Source: an uncultured Chloroflexia bacterium
GTDB taxonomy: Bacteria > Chloroflexota > UBA6077 > JACCZL01
Direction: 5' to 3'
NCBI GenBank assembly: GCA_963765765.1
Contig: CAVXYC010000010.1
Location: 32,001-96,000, forward strand
DNA length: 64,000 nucleotides
This document shows, piece after piece, positions 40,227-49,061 of the stretch. Positions within the stretch are counted from its first letter, which is position 1, and each line of letters starts with the position of its first letter. A model generated the notes under the pieces. It was given only the letters and a program-made list of their open reading frames with translations. It had not been told where the DNA came from and ran no database searches. A program made the position numbers and the translations under genes.

Positions 40227-40976
40227 CTAAGGCTCGCAGCCGATGCCATTGCCATCCGGGTCGAGCTTGTGAGGGTCGGGCGGCAGCACGACGAACTGGC
40301 GATTCCGGATTTCCTGGCAGCTCAGCATCGGTGGCGGCGGCGGAATGCAAACCGTGGGATATGCTGCGTCACAGACGCGCGGTCGTCCCGGTAGCAGCGT
40401 GGAGGGAGGCGGTGCTGGGTCCCCTGGCGCAGGCGGCACCGGCATGCTTGCCCCTGGCGGACCAGTTCGGCCGCATACAGACCAACGGCCTAGCCCCTGC
40501 TCCCTGGCCGATTGCGCGGCCGAATTAATGCGCTCGGCATACCGGAGATTCGGCGCCACCGGGCGCTCCTCGGCGTAGCCCTCCGCCACCAGGCGCTCAT
40601 TCACCATCCAGCTCTCTGTTAAGTCGTCCGACAGCCAGAGATAGCCGAGAAGACGGCCGGCCCTGTCGCGCCGGTCCGTGTCGAACTCCAGGGTCGCCTC
40701 GCGGGCCTCCACGAGCTCCGTGAGTCGTGCGGATGATTCTGGGCCGAAGCATGGAGGTGGCAAGCCCGGTGCCGGATTCTCCGGAGCGTCGATCCCAATA
40801 AATCGGACGACCTCTTCGGAGCCGTCGGCCAGCACGACCCGAGTGGTAAATCCATCGATAACGGAGATGACAACCACGGCCATACTCTCCCCCGCTTGCG
40901 ACTGTGCTTCACGTGGGAAGTCGCCGGCCAACGCAATGGCTAGGATGATGGAAAGCATGAACCGCAGCATCGCCAT
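40227..40976 (-). CDS. secreted thermonuclease (SNase) family protein with Cys-rich Excalibur-like tail
   Basis: VIDG, VRFIGIDAPE, D..GRLLGY, LVAEGYA; C-terminal CD.AYP.VCIPPP...DPH.LD.DGNGIGCE. Confidence 0.88.
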   Translation of the reverse strand: MAMLRFMLSIILAIALAGDFPREAQSQAGESMAVVVISVIDGFTTRVVLADGSEEVVRFIGIDAPENPAPGLPPPCFGPESSARLTELVEAREATLEFDTDRRDRAGRLLGYLWLSDDLTESWMVNERLVAEGYAEERPVAPNLRYAERINSAAQSAREQGLGRWSVCGRTGPPGASMPVPPAPGDPAPPPSTLLPGRPRVCDAAYPTVCIPPPPPMLSCQEIRNRQFVVLPPDPHKLDPDGNGIGCEP

Positions 40977-41093
40977 TCCTTCGCCGATCTACTCCGATTA
41001 AATCAGACTCGCCCCGATGGAGAGATCCTGCCGTCATTGCACCCCGCTAACGCGGTAGATGCCGACGCAGCCTTATTTTTCGCACGGTTAACT

Positions 41094-41630
41094 TTAACCA
41101 TTGGGTCGCCCTCCGTGAGTCGGGATCACGGTCTCGCCCGCGCCGCTCTCCATGTCCCGGGCGATGCTCCACAGGCTCATTCCGACCATGTATGTGTGGA
41201 TCACCGGGTCGGGCGTGATCTTCAGGAAACAGACCCGCGTCTCTCCTTGACGGCGCGCTTGCGCGTATGCGCTGAGGATCCGTCGACCCATCCAGAATCG
41301 TCGGAAGACCCTTCTTCCCTCTGCGTCCGTCCAGCTCAGGATTTCCGCGCGTCCGTGTAGCTGGAGGGTAGCGGGCGGGAGAAACCAGAGCAGCTTGCGC
41401 GTGATCGGAACGACCAGCGCAATCCGGTGATTTCGGGCTATGTTCCGCGCTTTCGCGAGGTGCGACCGTGTCATCACGTATAGTGCGAGCGGCTGGCCCG
41501 GTGGAGTGACGCCGTAGTTCACTCCGGCCGACTGCGGCTGACCAGACTCGCCTACCGTGGACAGGACCGCGAAATTATGGCCACGGAGCTCGCGCAGCAC
41601 CAGCTCGAATGGCACCGCTCGTGAAGTCAT
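41094..41630 (-). CDS. pyridoxamine 5'-phosphate oxidase-like split-barrel protein
   Basis: FAVLSTV...G.PQS, KARNIARN..IALVV. Confidence 0.8.
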   Translation of the reverse strand: MTSRAVPFELVLRELRGHNFAVLSTVGESGQPQSAGVNYGVTPPGQPLALYVMTRSHLAKARNIARNHRIALVVPITRKLLWFLPPATLQLHGRAEILSWTDAEGRRVFRRFWMGRRILSAYAQARRQGETRVCFLKITPDPVIHTYMVGMSLWSIARDMESGAGETVIPTHGGRPNG

Positions 41631-41683
41631 TTTCCTCATTCTGCGGACCCCACGGGACTCAGGGACAGCCGCGGCATAGCCAG

Positions 41684-42060
41684 CTATTCAATATCGCGGA
41701 GCATCCGCTCAAAGGTGGGCTGGTCGATCTCCCCGCGCGTACCGTCGCTTCAATATCTCGCGAGGTGATTCGGTCGCCACGCCGCCACTGCGCGGGAGCG
41801 CCGCCGCCAGCACGAACAAGAGGACGATCCGAATCATGACTCCCCAGAACGCCACCATCACCAGCCAGCCGAAGCCCATACCCAGGCCCCACATCCAGCC
41901 CGGTGTCACGGGCGCCCTGGGCTCCCCTCCCACATCCCTCCGGGTCCCATCATGATGCCGGGGCCCATCATAGCCCCCATCATCATCGGTCCAATCAAGA
42001 GCAGCACGCATAAGAGGATCAGCAATCAACGGGAAGCGATGATCAGCAGCCATACTCCTC
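41684..42060 (-). CDS. Met/Gly-rich membrane protein with SHOCT domain, frameshifted
   Basis: GPMMMGAMMGPG, TM segment, ESPREILKRRYARG/EIDQPTFERM across a G-run shift. Confidence 0.7.
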
Positions 42061-42325
42061 AGTGGACCTTACGCGCCAGTGGCCCCGTGCCGCCACCCAC
42101 AGCGTTGAAGGCACGAGTAACAGACCTTGTAATCTCAGAGGGGGACACTGATCGTGACCTGGCCCGCCTAGCTGTCCTCGTCTCAACGCCTAGCTCGCCT
42201 GCCCCAGTAACCGACCAGCCCCAAAGTAGAGAAATCATGGCCAAGAGGCTGATAAGTGCCACGAGTCCGATGGCCGAGAGTACATGCCAGATACCTTTGC
42301 GCTTGAGCGCCCTGTCATAGACCAA
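42059..42325 (-). CDS. hypothetical membrane protein
   Basis: One strong TM helix; strong AAGGAGG upstream, start uncertain. Confidence 0.35.
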   Translation of the reverse strand: MVYDRALKRKGIWHVLSAIGLVALISLLAMISLLWGWSVTGAGELGVETRTARRARSRSVSPSEITRSVTRAFNAVGGGTGPLARKVH

Positions 42326-42497
42326 TCATGCGTCTTGATGGATCATCGCATCACCCTCCTTAGGGTGGGAATCAGGTAGGGCGGGCGGGCTTAAAGGGAG
42401 GATCATGAACCTCACCGTCAGACTCGCGGAGACTTGAGTCCAGTGCGATTTAGAGAGACGGCGGCAATCCGCAGACGGCCATCGCCCGGTGCATTGC

Positions 42498-44817
42498 TCA
42501 GCTTCCTGACGCCGCGGACTCGGGGAGCTCCCGCCGCAGTAGGAGTGCGTTGCTCACCACCGTGATGCTGGAAGCGGACATCGCCAACGCGCCAAACTCG
42601 GGCCTGAGCATAAATCCGAACGACGGGTAAAGCGCTCCGGCCGCGACCGGGATGGCGATCACGTTGTAGATCGCTGCCCAGAAGAGGTTCTGCTTCATCT
42701 TGCGTACCGTGGCCTTGGAGAGCTGGATCGCCTGGAGGACATCGGCCGGATCGCTTTTCATCAGGATGATGTCGCCGGTCTCGACAGCCACATCCGTGCC
42801 AGCGCCGATGGCGATGCCCAGGTCGGCCTGGGCCAGCGCAGGCGCGTCATTTACTCCGTCGCCCACCATTGCCACGAATTTCCCTTCGGCTTGCAGCGCC
42901 TTCACGCCTTCGGCCTTGTCCTGGGGTAGCACCTCGGCGAACACTCGCTCGATGCCGACCTGGCGAGCAATCACGTCCGCGGTGGCGCGATTATCCCCGG
43001 TCATCATGACCGGCTGGATGCCCAGCTCCTTGAGCTCCGCGATGGCTTGCGCGGCATTCGGGCGAACGGTGTCAGCGGCGGCGGCAATACCGGCCACCCG
43101 CCCATCCACGGCCACCAGCATCAGCGTCTTGCCCTCTCTCAGAAGGCGCTCAATGTCGCCGGCCAGGATATCGAGGTGGACTCCGCGCTCTTCCATGAGC
43201 CGACGCGTGCCAACCAGCACATCGCGGTCGCCGACACGCGCGCGCACCCCTCGACCGGCGAGGTTCTCGAACTCTTCGATCGCGAGGTCGTTGGCGAGCC
43301 CACGGCGTTCCAGCTCGTCCAGCACGGCGTCAGCGAGCGGGTGCCCGCTGCGCGCCTCGGCCGCGCCTGTCAGTCGGAGAATCTCATCCTCGGATTGATC
43401 ATTGACTGCCAGCACGTCGGTGACCCTGGGCTTGCCCTCCGTGAGGGTTCCCGTCTTGTCAAAGATGATGGCCTGGATGCGGGAGGCAAGCTCCAGGGAG
43501 ACGGCCTGCTTGAAGAGGATGCCGCGGCGGGCGGCCATGTCTGTGGCCACCATGACCGCGGTCGGCGTGGCCAGTCCCAGCGCGTCCGGACAGGCGATCA
43601 CCACGGCGGTCACGGCAAACGTGAGCGCCACCAGCAGCGGCGCCCTGGCTACCAGGAGCCAGACCAGCAGTGTGAGCAGTCCGGATCCAACCGCCACGAT
43701 GACCAGGTAGTGCGCCGCCCGGTCGGCCAGCCGCTGAGCCGGCGCTTTGCTGTTCTGGGCCGTCTCGACGAGACGGACGATCTGTGCCAGGGCGGTGTCC
43801 GAGCCGACCTTGGTCGCACGGAATCGCAGCGACCCGGATTGATTGATGGTGCCAGCGATCACCTCATCAGCGGGATCCTTCTCTACCGGTATGCTCTTCG
43901 CCGGTCACCATGCTCTCGTCAATGGTGCTGTGACCGTCCATCACGGAGCCATCCACCGGAACCTTGTCGCCCGGCTTCAGAATGACCGTGTCGCCCACCA
44001 CGACCTCGGCAAGCGGCACCTCATGGCCACTCCGTCGCGATCCACCGTGGCTTGTTGCGGCGTGAGGTCCAGAAGCTTGCGGACCGAGTCCGACGACCCG
44101 CGCCGCGCCTTCATCTCCATCCAGTGGCCAAAGAGGAGGAACACCGCCAGCATGACGGCGGCCTCGTAGAACGTCTCCTGGCCGGGGGCGAGAAACGTCA
44201 AGCCCACACTGAACAGATACGAGACCAGGATGCCCAGGCTCACCAGGACGCTCATATTCAAGACGCCAGAGCGGAGCGACTGGTACGCGCCGATGTGAAA
44301 GACACTGCTGGTCCAGAGTGCTACGGGCGTGGAGAACGCCAGCAAGATCCACTCATGCGGGAATACCGAAGGGCGTGGGGAGCATGCGGCCGGAAAGCAT
44401 CATGGCCATCGGCGAATAGAGCACTACGGGGATCCCGAGGACCAGGCTGATCCAGAAGCGGCGCCGCATGTCGGCTTCCATCGCCGCGGCCATCCCCGGA
44501 TCCGACATATCGTGCGCGCCGTGGGCCATGCCACCGTGGTCCACGTGAGCGTGCTCATGCGTCGAGACTTCCGGGCCGGGGAGCGGTACCGGATTCCGCT
44601 CCCCGTAGGCCTGCGCGATCAGCTCGGCAAGGTCTTCAACTCGCACGCTGCCGTCATCGACGTCCACGTGTGCCTGATGATTCTTCGCGTCGATATGGAT
44701 CTGCTGCACGTGCGGGTTGGCGCGCAGGCGCGCCTCCACAATCTCCCGACAGCCGTCGCAAGCGATTGGGCCGGTGGGTACGGTGAGCGTGGTTCGGGAG
44801 TGATCGTGGTGGCTCAT
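42498..44817 (-). CDS. copA: heavy-metal (Cu) P1B-type ATPase, several frameshifts between ~43860 and ~44360
   Basis: HMA CDGC, His/Met tract, [32 protein letters not shown] and MSASS. Confidence 0.88.
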
Positions 44818-44918
44818 CGTGTTCTCCGCGATCGGGCGCCGCGCGGGCACACGCGTCCGATCTGCACTAGTCCCGTGGGAGCTCCCGAGTGTGCGGGCGT
44901 CTCATGGGGAAGACTGCG

Positions 44919-45083
44919 TCACATCGACGGTTTGTGGCTCGGATCGAGGTAATTCTTCGGGTCGGCCTCGAACGCTTTCTTGCAACCGGGGGCGCAGAAG
45001 TAAAACGTCGTCCTCTGGTACTCCGCGGTGTGCCGAGCCGTCTGGGGGTCCACCTCCATGCCGCACACGGGGTCTTTTGCCAT
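44919..45083 (-). CDS. YHS domain protein
   Basis: MAKDPVCGMEVD...FYFCAPGCKKAF...P..Y. Confidence 0.9.
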   Translation of the reverse strand: MAKDPVCGMEVDPQTARHTAEYQRTTFYFCAPGCKKAFEADPKNYLDPSHKPSM

Positions 45084-45179
45084 CGTCGTCTCCTCTCTTA
45101 CACGAGGTCTGTTACCTGGCGAATGTATCCAGCCAAGGGGATGGGTAGTCACGTGACTACCTATCCGTTTGCTTGTGAA

Positions 45180-45917
45180 TCAGAGGCCGTACCAGCTCGA
45201 GAGCCAGGTGTTCATGGTGGTGATTTCACCTGACTGGCTCTGGATGATCCCCTGGGCGAGATCCTTGAGATCCTGGTGGGCAGCTCGATCGGGCACCAGG
45301 TTGGCCATCTCCACGGCGCCCTGATGGTGGGGGATCATCATGCTGAGGAACACCGCTTCCAGCCGGGCAGGTGGAAGCTTCCACAAGTCCGCCATCATGG
45401 ACATCTCGCCCATCATCCCCGCGGGCATGCCCTGGGACGACGGCATCATGCCGCCTGGTATCCCCTGACCACCGGGCATCATGCCGCCGGGCATACTGTG
45501 GCCGCTATGGTCCATCCCACCCGGCATCGCGCCGGAACCGGGCATCTGTCCACCGGGTTGCATCATTGCGTCCATCATCGCCACGTGATCGGGAATCTCC
45601 AGCCCGTACCAATCACCAGCCCAGCCGCGCATCTGGGCGATCTCACGTGTCTGATCATCGATGATCGTTGTAGCAAGCTGCTTGAGCTCCGGGTGGGTCG
45701 CATTGCTCGCGACCGGTCGCGCCATCATGACGGCCATGGCGTGGTGCATGCTCATCTGACTAAGGAAGGCTTTATCAAATTCGTCGCCGGAGAGCTGGTC
45801 CAGCGGCTGGGCCATAGTTCCCACCTGCGCCATGGCAGGCATGCCTGTGACCCGAGCCGCTAACAACGCCACGATGGCGACCAGCGGTATGGCAAATACA
45901 ATCAAACGGTAGAACAT
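45180..45917 (-). CDS. DUF305 (CopM-like) secreted metal-binding protein
   Basis: Two FL..M..HH..AV.MA repeats with a Met/Gly-rich linker. Confidence 0.88.
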   Translation of the reverse strand: MFYRLIVFAIPLVAIVALLAARVTGMPAMAQVGTMAQPLDQLSGDEFDKAFLSQMSMHHAMAVMMARPVASNATHPELKQLATTIIDDQTREIAQMRGWAGDWYGLEIPDHVAMMDAMMQPGGQMPGSGAMPGGMDHSGHSMPGGMMPGGQGIPGGMMPSSQGMPAGMMGEMSMMADLWKLPPARLEAVFLSMMIPHHQGAVEMANLVPDRAAHQDLKDLAQGIIQSQSGEITTMNTWLSSWYGL

Positions 45918-45982
45918 GAGTCATTTCTCCTTGTGAATGTTCGTTAGTTGTGGACATAGCGCGGCCGTGCAGCCGCGCCGCT

Positions 45983-46393
45983 CTACAACCGGAACACTTG
46001 AAGGAGCGCTTGCCCATCCGCCCTGGGCGGTGGATCGGGGAACCATGCTGGGCAGATCGACGGAAGCGGGGGGCTTAATTGGCGCCGCTCCTCGTAAGGA
46101 AGCATGGCAACCGTCGCGTGAAGTTCGGAGTGGGCAATGGGTAGCGTGGCTTCGAGCCCGCAAGCGTCCCATTTCGGCGACGTGGGAGCATCTGGGAGCG
46201 GTGAGGTACACGTATCGCAATGTTGAGGCACGGCTGGCTGGTGACCGGCCGCGTGGTGATTCGGCTCACTGGCAGCCATTGCCCCAGCGTGGAGCGGAGA
46301 GGCCATCACCGCGAAGTGGGCCAGCAACGCGAGCAGCAACGCGACCGCGAAATATGTACTCCCGCGATGCAGCCGAGAAAAGATCACCATCAT
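45983..46393 (-). CDS. small exported CxxC protein heading the copper operon (DUF2946/CruR-like candidate)
   Basis: TM/signal segment, His-rich, CDTC, C-terminal PPPRA..ALLQVFRL. Confidence 0.6.
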   Translation of the reverse strand: MMVIFSRLHRGSTYFAVALLLALLAHFAVMASPLHAGAMAASEPNHHAAGHQPAVPQHCDTCTSPLPDAPTSPKWDACGLEATLPIAHSELHATVAMLPYEERRQLSPPLPSICPAWFPDPPPRADGQALLQVFRL

Positions 46394-46644
46394 GTCCGTC
46401 TCTCTACAGTGTACTGACAGGCGTGTATCCGCGCGGCACGGTGACTCTCGCGGCCTCGTGGCTATTAGGGAGGCGTCCGGGCAGCGTACGCTTTATCGCG
46501 CAGTCTCATACATCGGATCGCCGAAGTTTTGAGCCTTCGAGGTGCCCCAGGCACATCTCTTACAAAACCGGGTTTAGAGGCAGTCTCGAACAAAGATAAT
46601 CGGAGAGTGCGGTTCCTGTATGACGGTATGGGAACCAGCGGAAA

Positions 46645-47223
46645 TCAGCGCGGTGGGTGCAATCCAGCCACCACGACCGTGACGAGCCGGTGAACCGCGG
46701 CTAGAGATCGAAGGCTCCTGGCTGCTGCGAGGGCGTGCAGGCAGTAGCTCGCAAGCTCGTCAGGCGAAACATCCCTCCGGATGTCACCGGTGTTGGCAGC
46801 CTCGGTCAGCAGGTCTCGAACCATGTCGCGAAGCTGCTGCTGCGCTCGACCGAGCTGCTCGTCTCGATGTAGGAACGCCGTCAACTCTGTGTTGTGGTGC
46901 CCGTGGGATTGGTACACGATGAGAGCGTAGGCCTCGAGCACGGCTTCGAGCCGCTTGCTCGAGGCCCCAGTTTGGTCTCGGATTTCGGTCAGTTGTTCAA
47001 GGTGGCGAGTGATGGCGCGTTCGTGCCAGGTGAGCAGAATCGTTTCGACATCCGGGAAGTACTTATAGAGCGTCGCCCGTCCGATTCCCGTGGTTTCGGC
47101 GATTTGTGACATCGTCACCGACGCCAGCCCGTGCTCGGTCACCAGCGCCGCCGTGGTATCCAGAATCGCCTCGCGCACAGTTCGGCGGTGCATCTCGATG
47201 GTCTCGTTCCAGAGCTTCGGCAC
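46645..47223 (-). CDS. TetR/AcrR family regulator
   Basis: TMSQIAETTGIGRATLYKYFPD; SHGHH. Confidence 0.92.
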   Translation of the reverse strand: MPKLWNETIEMHRRTVREAILDTTAALVTEHGLASVTMSQIAETTGIGRATLYKYFPDVETILLTWHERAITRHLEQLTEIRDQTGASSKRLEAVLEAYALIVYQSHGHHNTELTAFLHRDEQLGRAQQQLRDMVRDLLTEAANTGDIRRDVSPDELASYCLHALAAARSLRSLAAVHRLVTVVVAGLHPPR

Positions 47224-47263
47224 CAGTCGAGTATACGGGATGACCGGTTAACGACATCCCGAC

Positions 47264-47293
47264 TTGACAGTGACATACTGTCTCGATCAAGAT
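47264..47293 (+). promoter_or_regulatory. promoter overlapping a probable TetR operator
   Basis: TTGACA at 47264 overlapped by palindrome GACAGT-GACAT-ACTGTC (47266-47282); CAAGAT at 18-nt spacing. Confidence 0.55.
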
Positions 47294-47328
47294 CACTTTG
47301 ACACCTGCACGCAAGGATGGCGACTTCC

Positions 47329-47595
47329 ATGGCTGAGCGTCACAATATTCCCGACCGCAGCGACGCCGCCGGCGTTGGGCCGGGCCGCGCGTCGAGCCCC
47401 GCCTATCCCGGCACACCCCTCTGGGTGAAACTGTCCGGGATCCTCGCCCTCGTCCTGATCCTGCTGGTCGTCATCATGATGGCCACCGGCATATTGGTTG
47501 CTGCTGACCACGGATCTGGTCGCCACCTCCCCCCCGGTGGCACCCGTGACTCAGCACCGCCCACGGCGCACGAGGTGCAACAGGCATCATTCTGA
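47329..47595 (+). CDS. small membrane protein
   Basis: PGTPLWVK, TM segment, GSGRH. Confidence 0.65.
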   Translation: MAERHNIPDRSDAAGVGPGRASSPAYPGTPLWVKLSGILALVLILLVVIMMATGILVAADHGSGRHLPPGGTRDSAPPTAHEVQQASF

Positions 47596-48104
47596 CACCC
47601 GGCGTCCGGAAGCTCCTACTCACCGTCCATCTCACGTTTTCGGTTGGCTGGATTGGCGCGGTCGCTGCTTACCTGGCGCTCGGCCTCGCCGCCGTAATCA
47701 GCCGCGATGCTCAGACGGTGCGTGCCGCCTGGATCGCCATGGAGTTAACTGGTTGGTTCGTGATCATCCCGTTGGCCCTGGCCGCTCTCCTGACCGGGCT
47801 GATCATGTCGCTTGGCACGCAGTGGGGGTTGTTCCGGCACTACTGGGTCCTAATCACACTTGGGCTGACCATTTTTTCCGTTACCGTCTTGCTGGTGCAC
47901 ATGCCGACTGTCAGTGCCGCGGCAAACGTGGCTCGAACGACTGACAGTACCAATCTCGGTGCGCTCGGGGGTGATCTCTTCCACGCGGGTGGCGGCCTGC
48001 TAGTGCTGCTCCTAATCACCGTGCTCAACGTCTACAAGCCGCATGGTCTAACCCCATACGGGTGGCGTAGACAACACGATCAGCGGTCGAAGCTCGTGCA
48101 ATAG
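47586..48104 (+). CDS. DUF2269-like membrane protein (ATC at the expected start position)
   Basis: Open frame RKLLLTVHLTFSVGWIG...WGLFRHYWV...LNVYKP.GLTPYG; GAGGTG RBS before 47586. Confidence 0.7.
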   Translation: MILTPGVRKLLLTVHLTFSVGWIGAVAAYLALGLAAVISRDAQTVRAAWIAMELTGWFVIIPLALAALLTGLIMSLGTQWGLFRHYWVLITLGLTIFSVTVLLVHMPTVSAAANVARTTDSTNLGALGGDLFHAGGGLLVLLLITVLNVYKPHGLTPYGWRRQHDQRSKLVQ

Positions 48105-48171
48105 ACCCTGCGGGCACTGTTCCGTTTAGCGGAAGTCGTCGGATTTCCTCTACCCGCTCTCGCCTCGTCTT

Positions 48172-48765
48172 TTAGGAAAAGCTCGAGCCTGCCCGAACCT
48201 GCGCTGGACTGTTGAGAATAAGGCAGCGCATGGCCAGGTAGGCCCGTTGAGGCTGTGCCAGAGGAAATGCGTCGCGATGGGAAAGGCGGAGCAAACCTGG
48301 AGGTCCATCGTGCGGAAGACGAGCGCAAGAAAGTACACACCAGCGGCCGAGAGCAGCAAGTACCGACCGGCCGTCCGCTCCCGCATGTGGTAGACCCGAG
48401 CGCCAATAGGAAGATGAGCGCTGGTGTGTAATAGAACGCCCCGTGCAGAACACCGTCTAGTTGCTGGGCCGACGTCGAGATGACCGGAATGCGACCATCG
48501 ACGCGACCGCCCAGGGCGTCGGTACGCGGGCCACGTCCCGCAGGTAGAGTCAGAAGACACCGACCAGGAAGATCATGATCGGGATGATGTCCAGGGTCAG
48601 CGTCCGCCCATTGGGGACGGTGTGCAGAGTGCGCTCCCGATGCCCACGGACGCGGCCAGCAGTACCAGTACGCGTATGCCGGCCGATACGTGGCCCGTGC
48701 GTGTCGCCAGGAGCCAGGCCGCCCATGGGGCGATCAGGAATGACGCGTTCGCAATACGCATCCAT
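48172..48765 (-). pseudogene. ceramidase-like (CREST) membrane hydrolase, fragmented
   Basis: MDAYCER, GIGSAL.HT, LDIIPI, THFLWHSLNG spread over several frames with an N-terminal deletion. Confidence 0.7.
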
Positions 48766-49061
48766 GGGCAATTCCTCCCGCTGAGCTGGAGTGGATCGAC
48801 TCGTCTCGACCCGCCCACTCCGAGAGATGCATATTTGCGCCTAGGTTACACCCGCCGGAAAAGGGAAGAGAAGCGCGCACCCCAACACAATCACGACTCT
48901 AGTGAGGTGGAGCGCCGAACGTACGTGTTGTTGACGCCTTTGATTCGCGCAAGCGCTGAGCCGCTGAGGATAGCCACGCCCACGTACCGTCGGCCTTGTG
49001 CGAAAAGTTACTCGTGGGCTACCTGCGACCGACCGAAGACTCGGTCTGTCTGCGGATTGAC

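Noticed and set aside
42352-42367. CACCCT-CCTT-AGGGTG palindrome as a CsoR/CueR operator
   Set aside because: Overlaps a Shine-Dalgarno sequence, is short, and no cognate regulator is visible
42700-43985. Long plus-strand ORFs opposite copA, and similar ones opposite the PBP, arsM and response regulator genes
   Set aside because: Typical high-GC antisense shadow ORFs with no recognisable motifs
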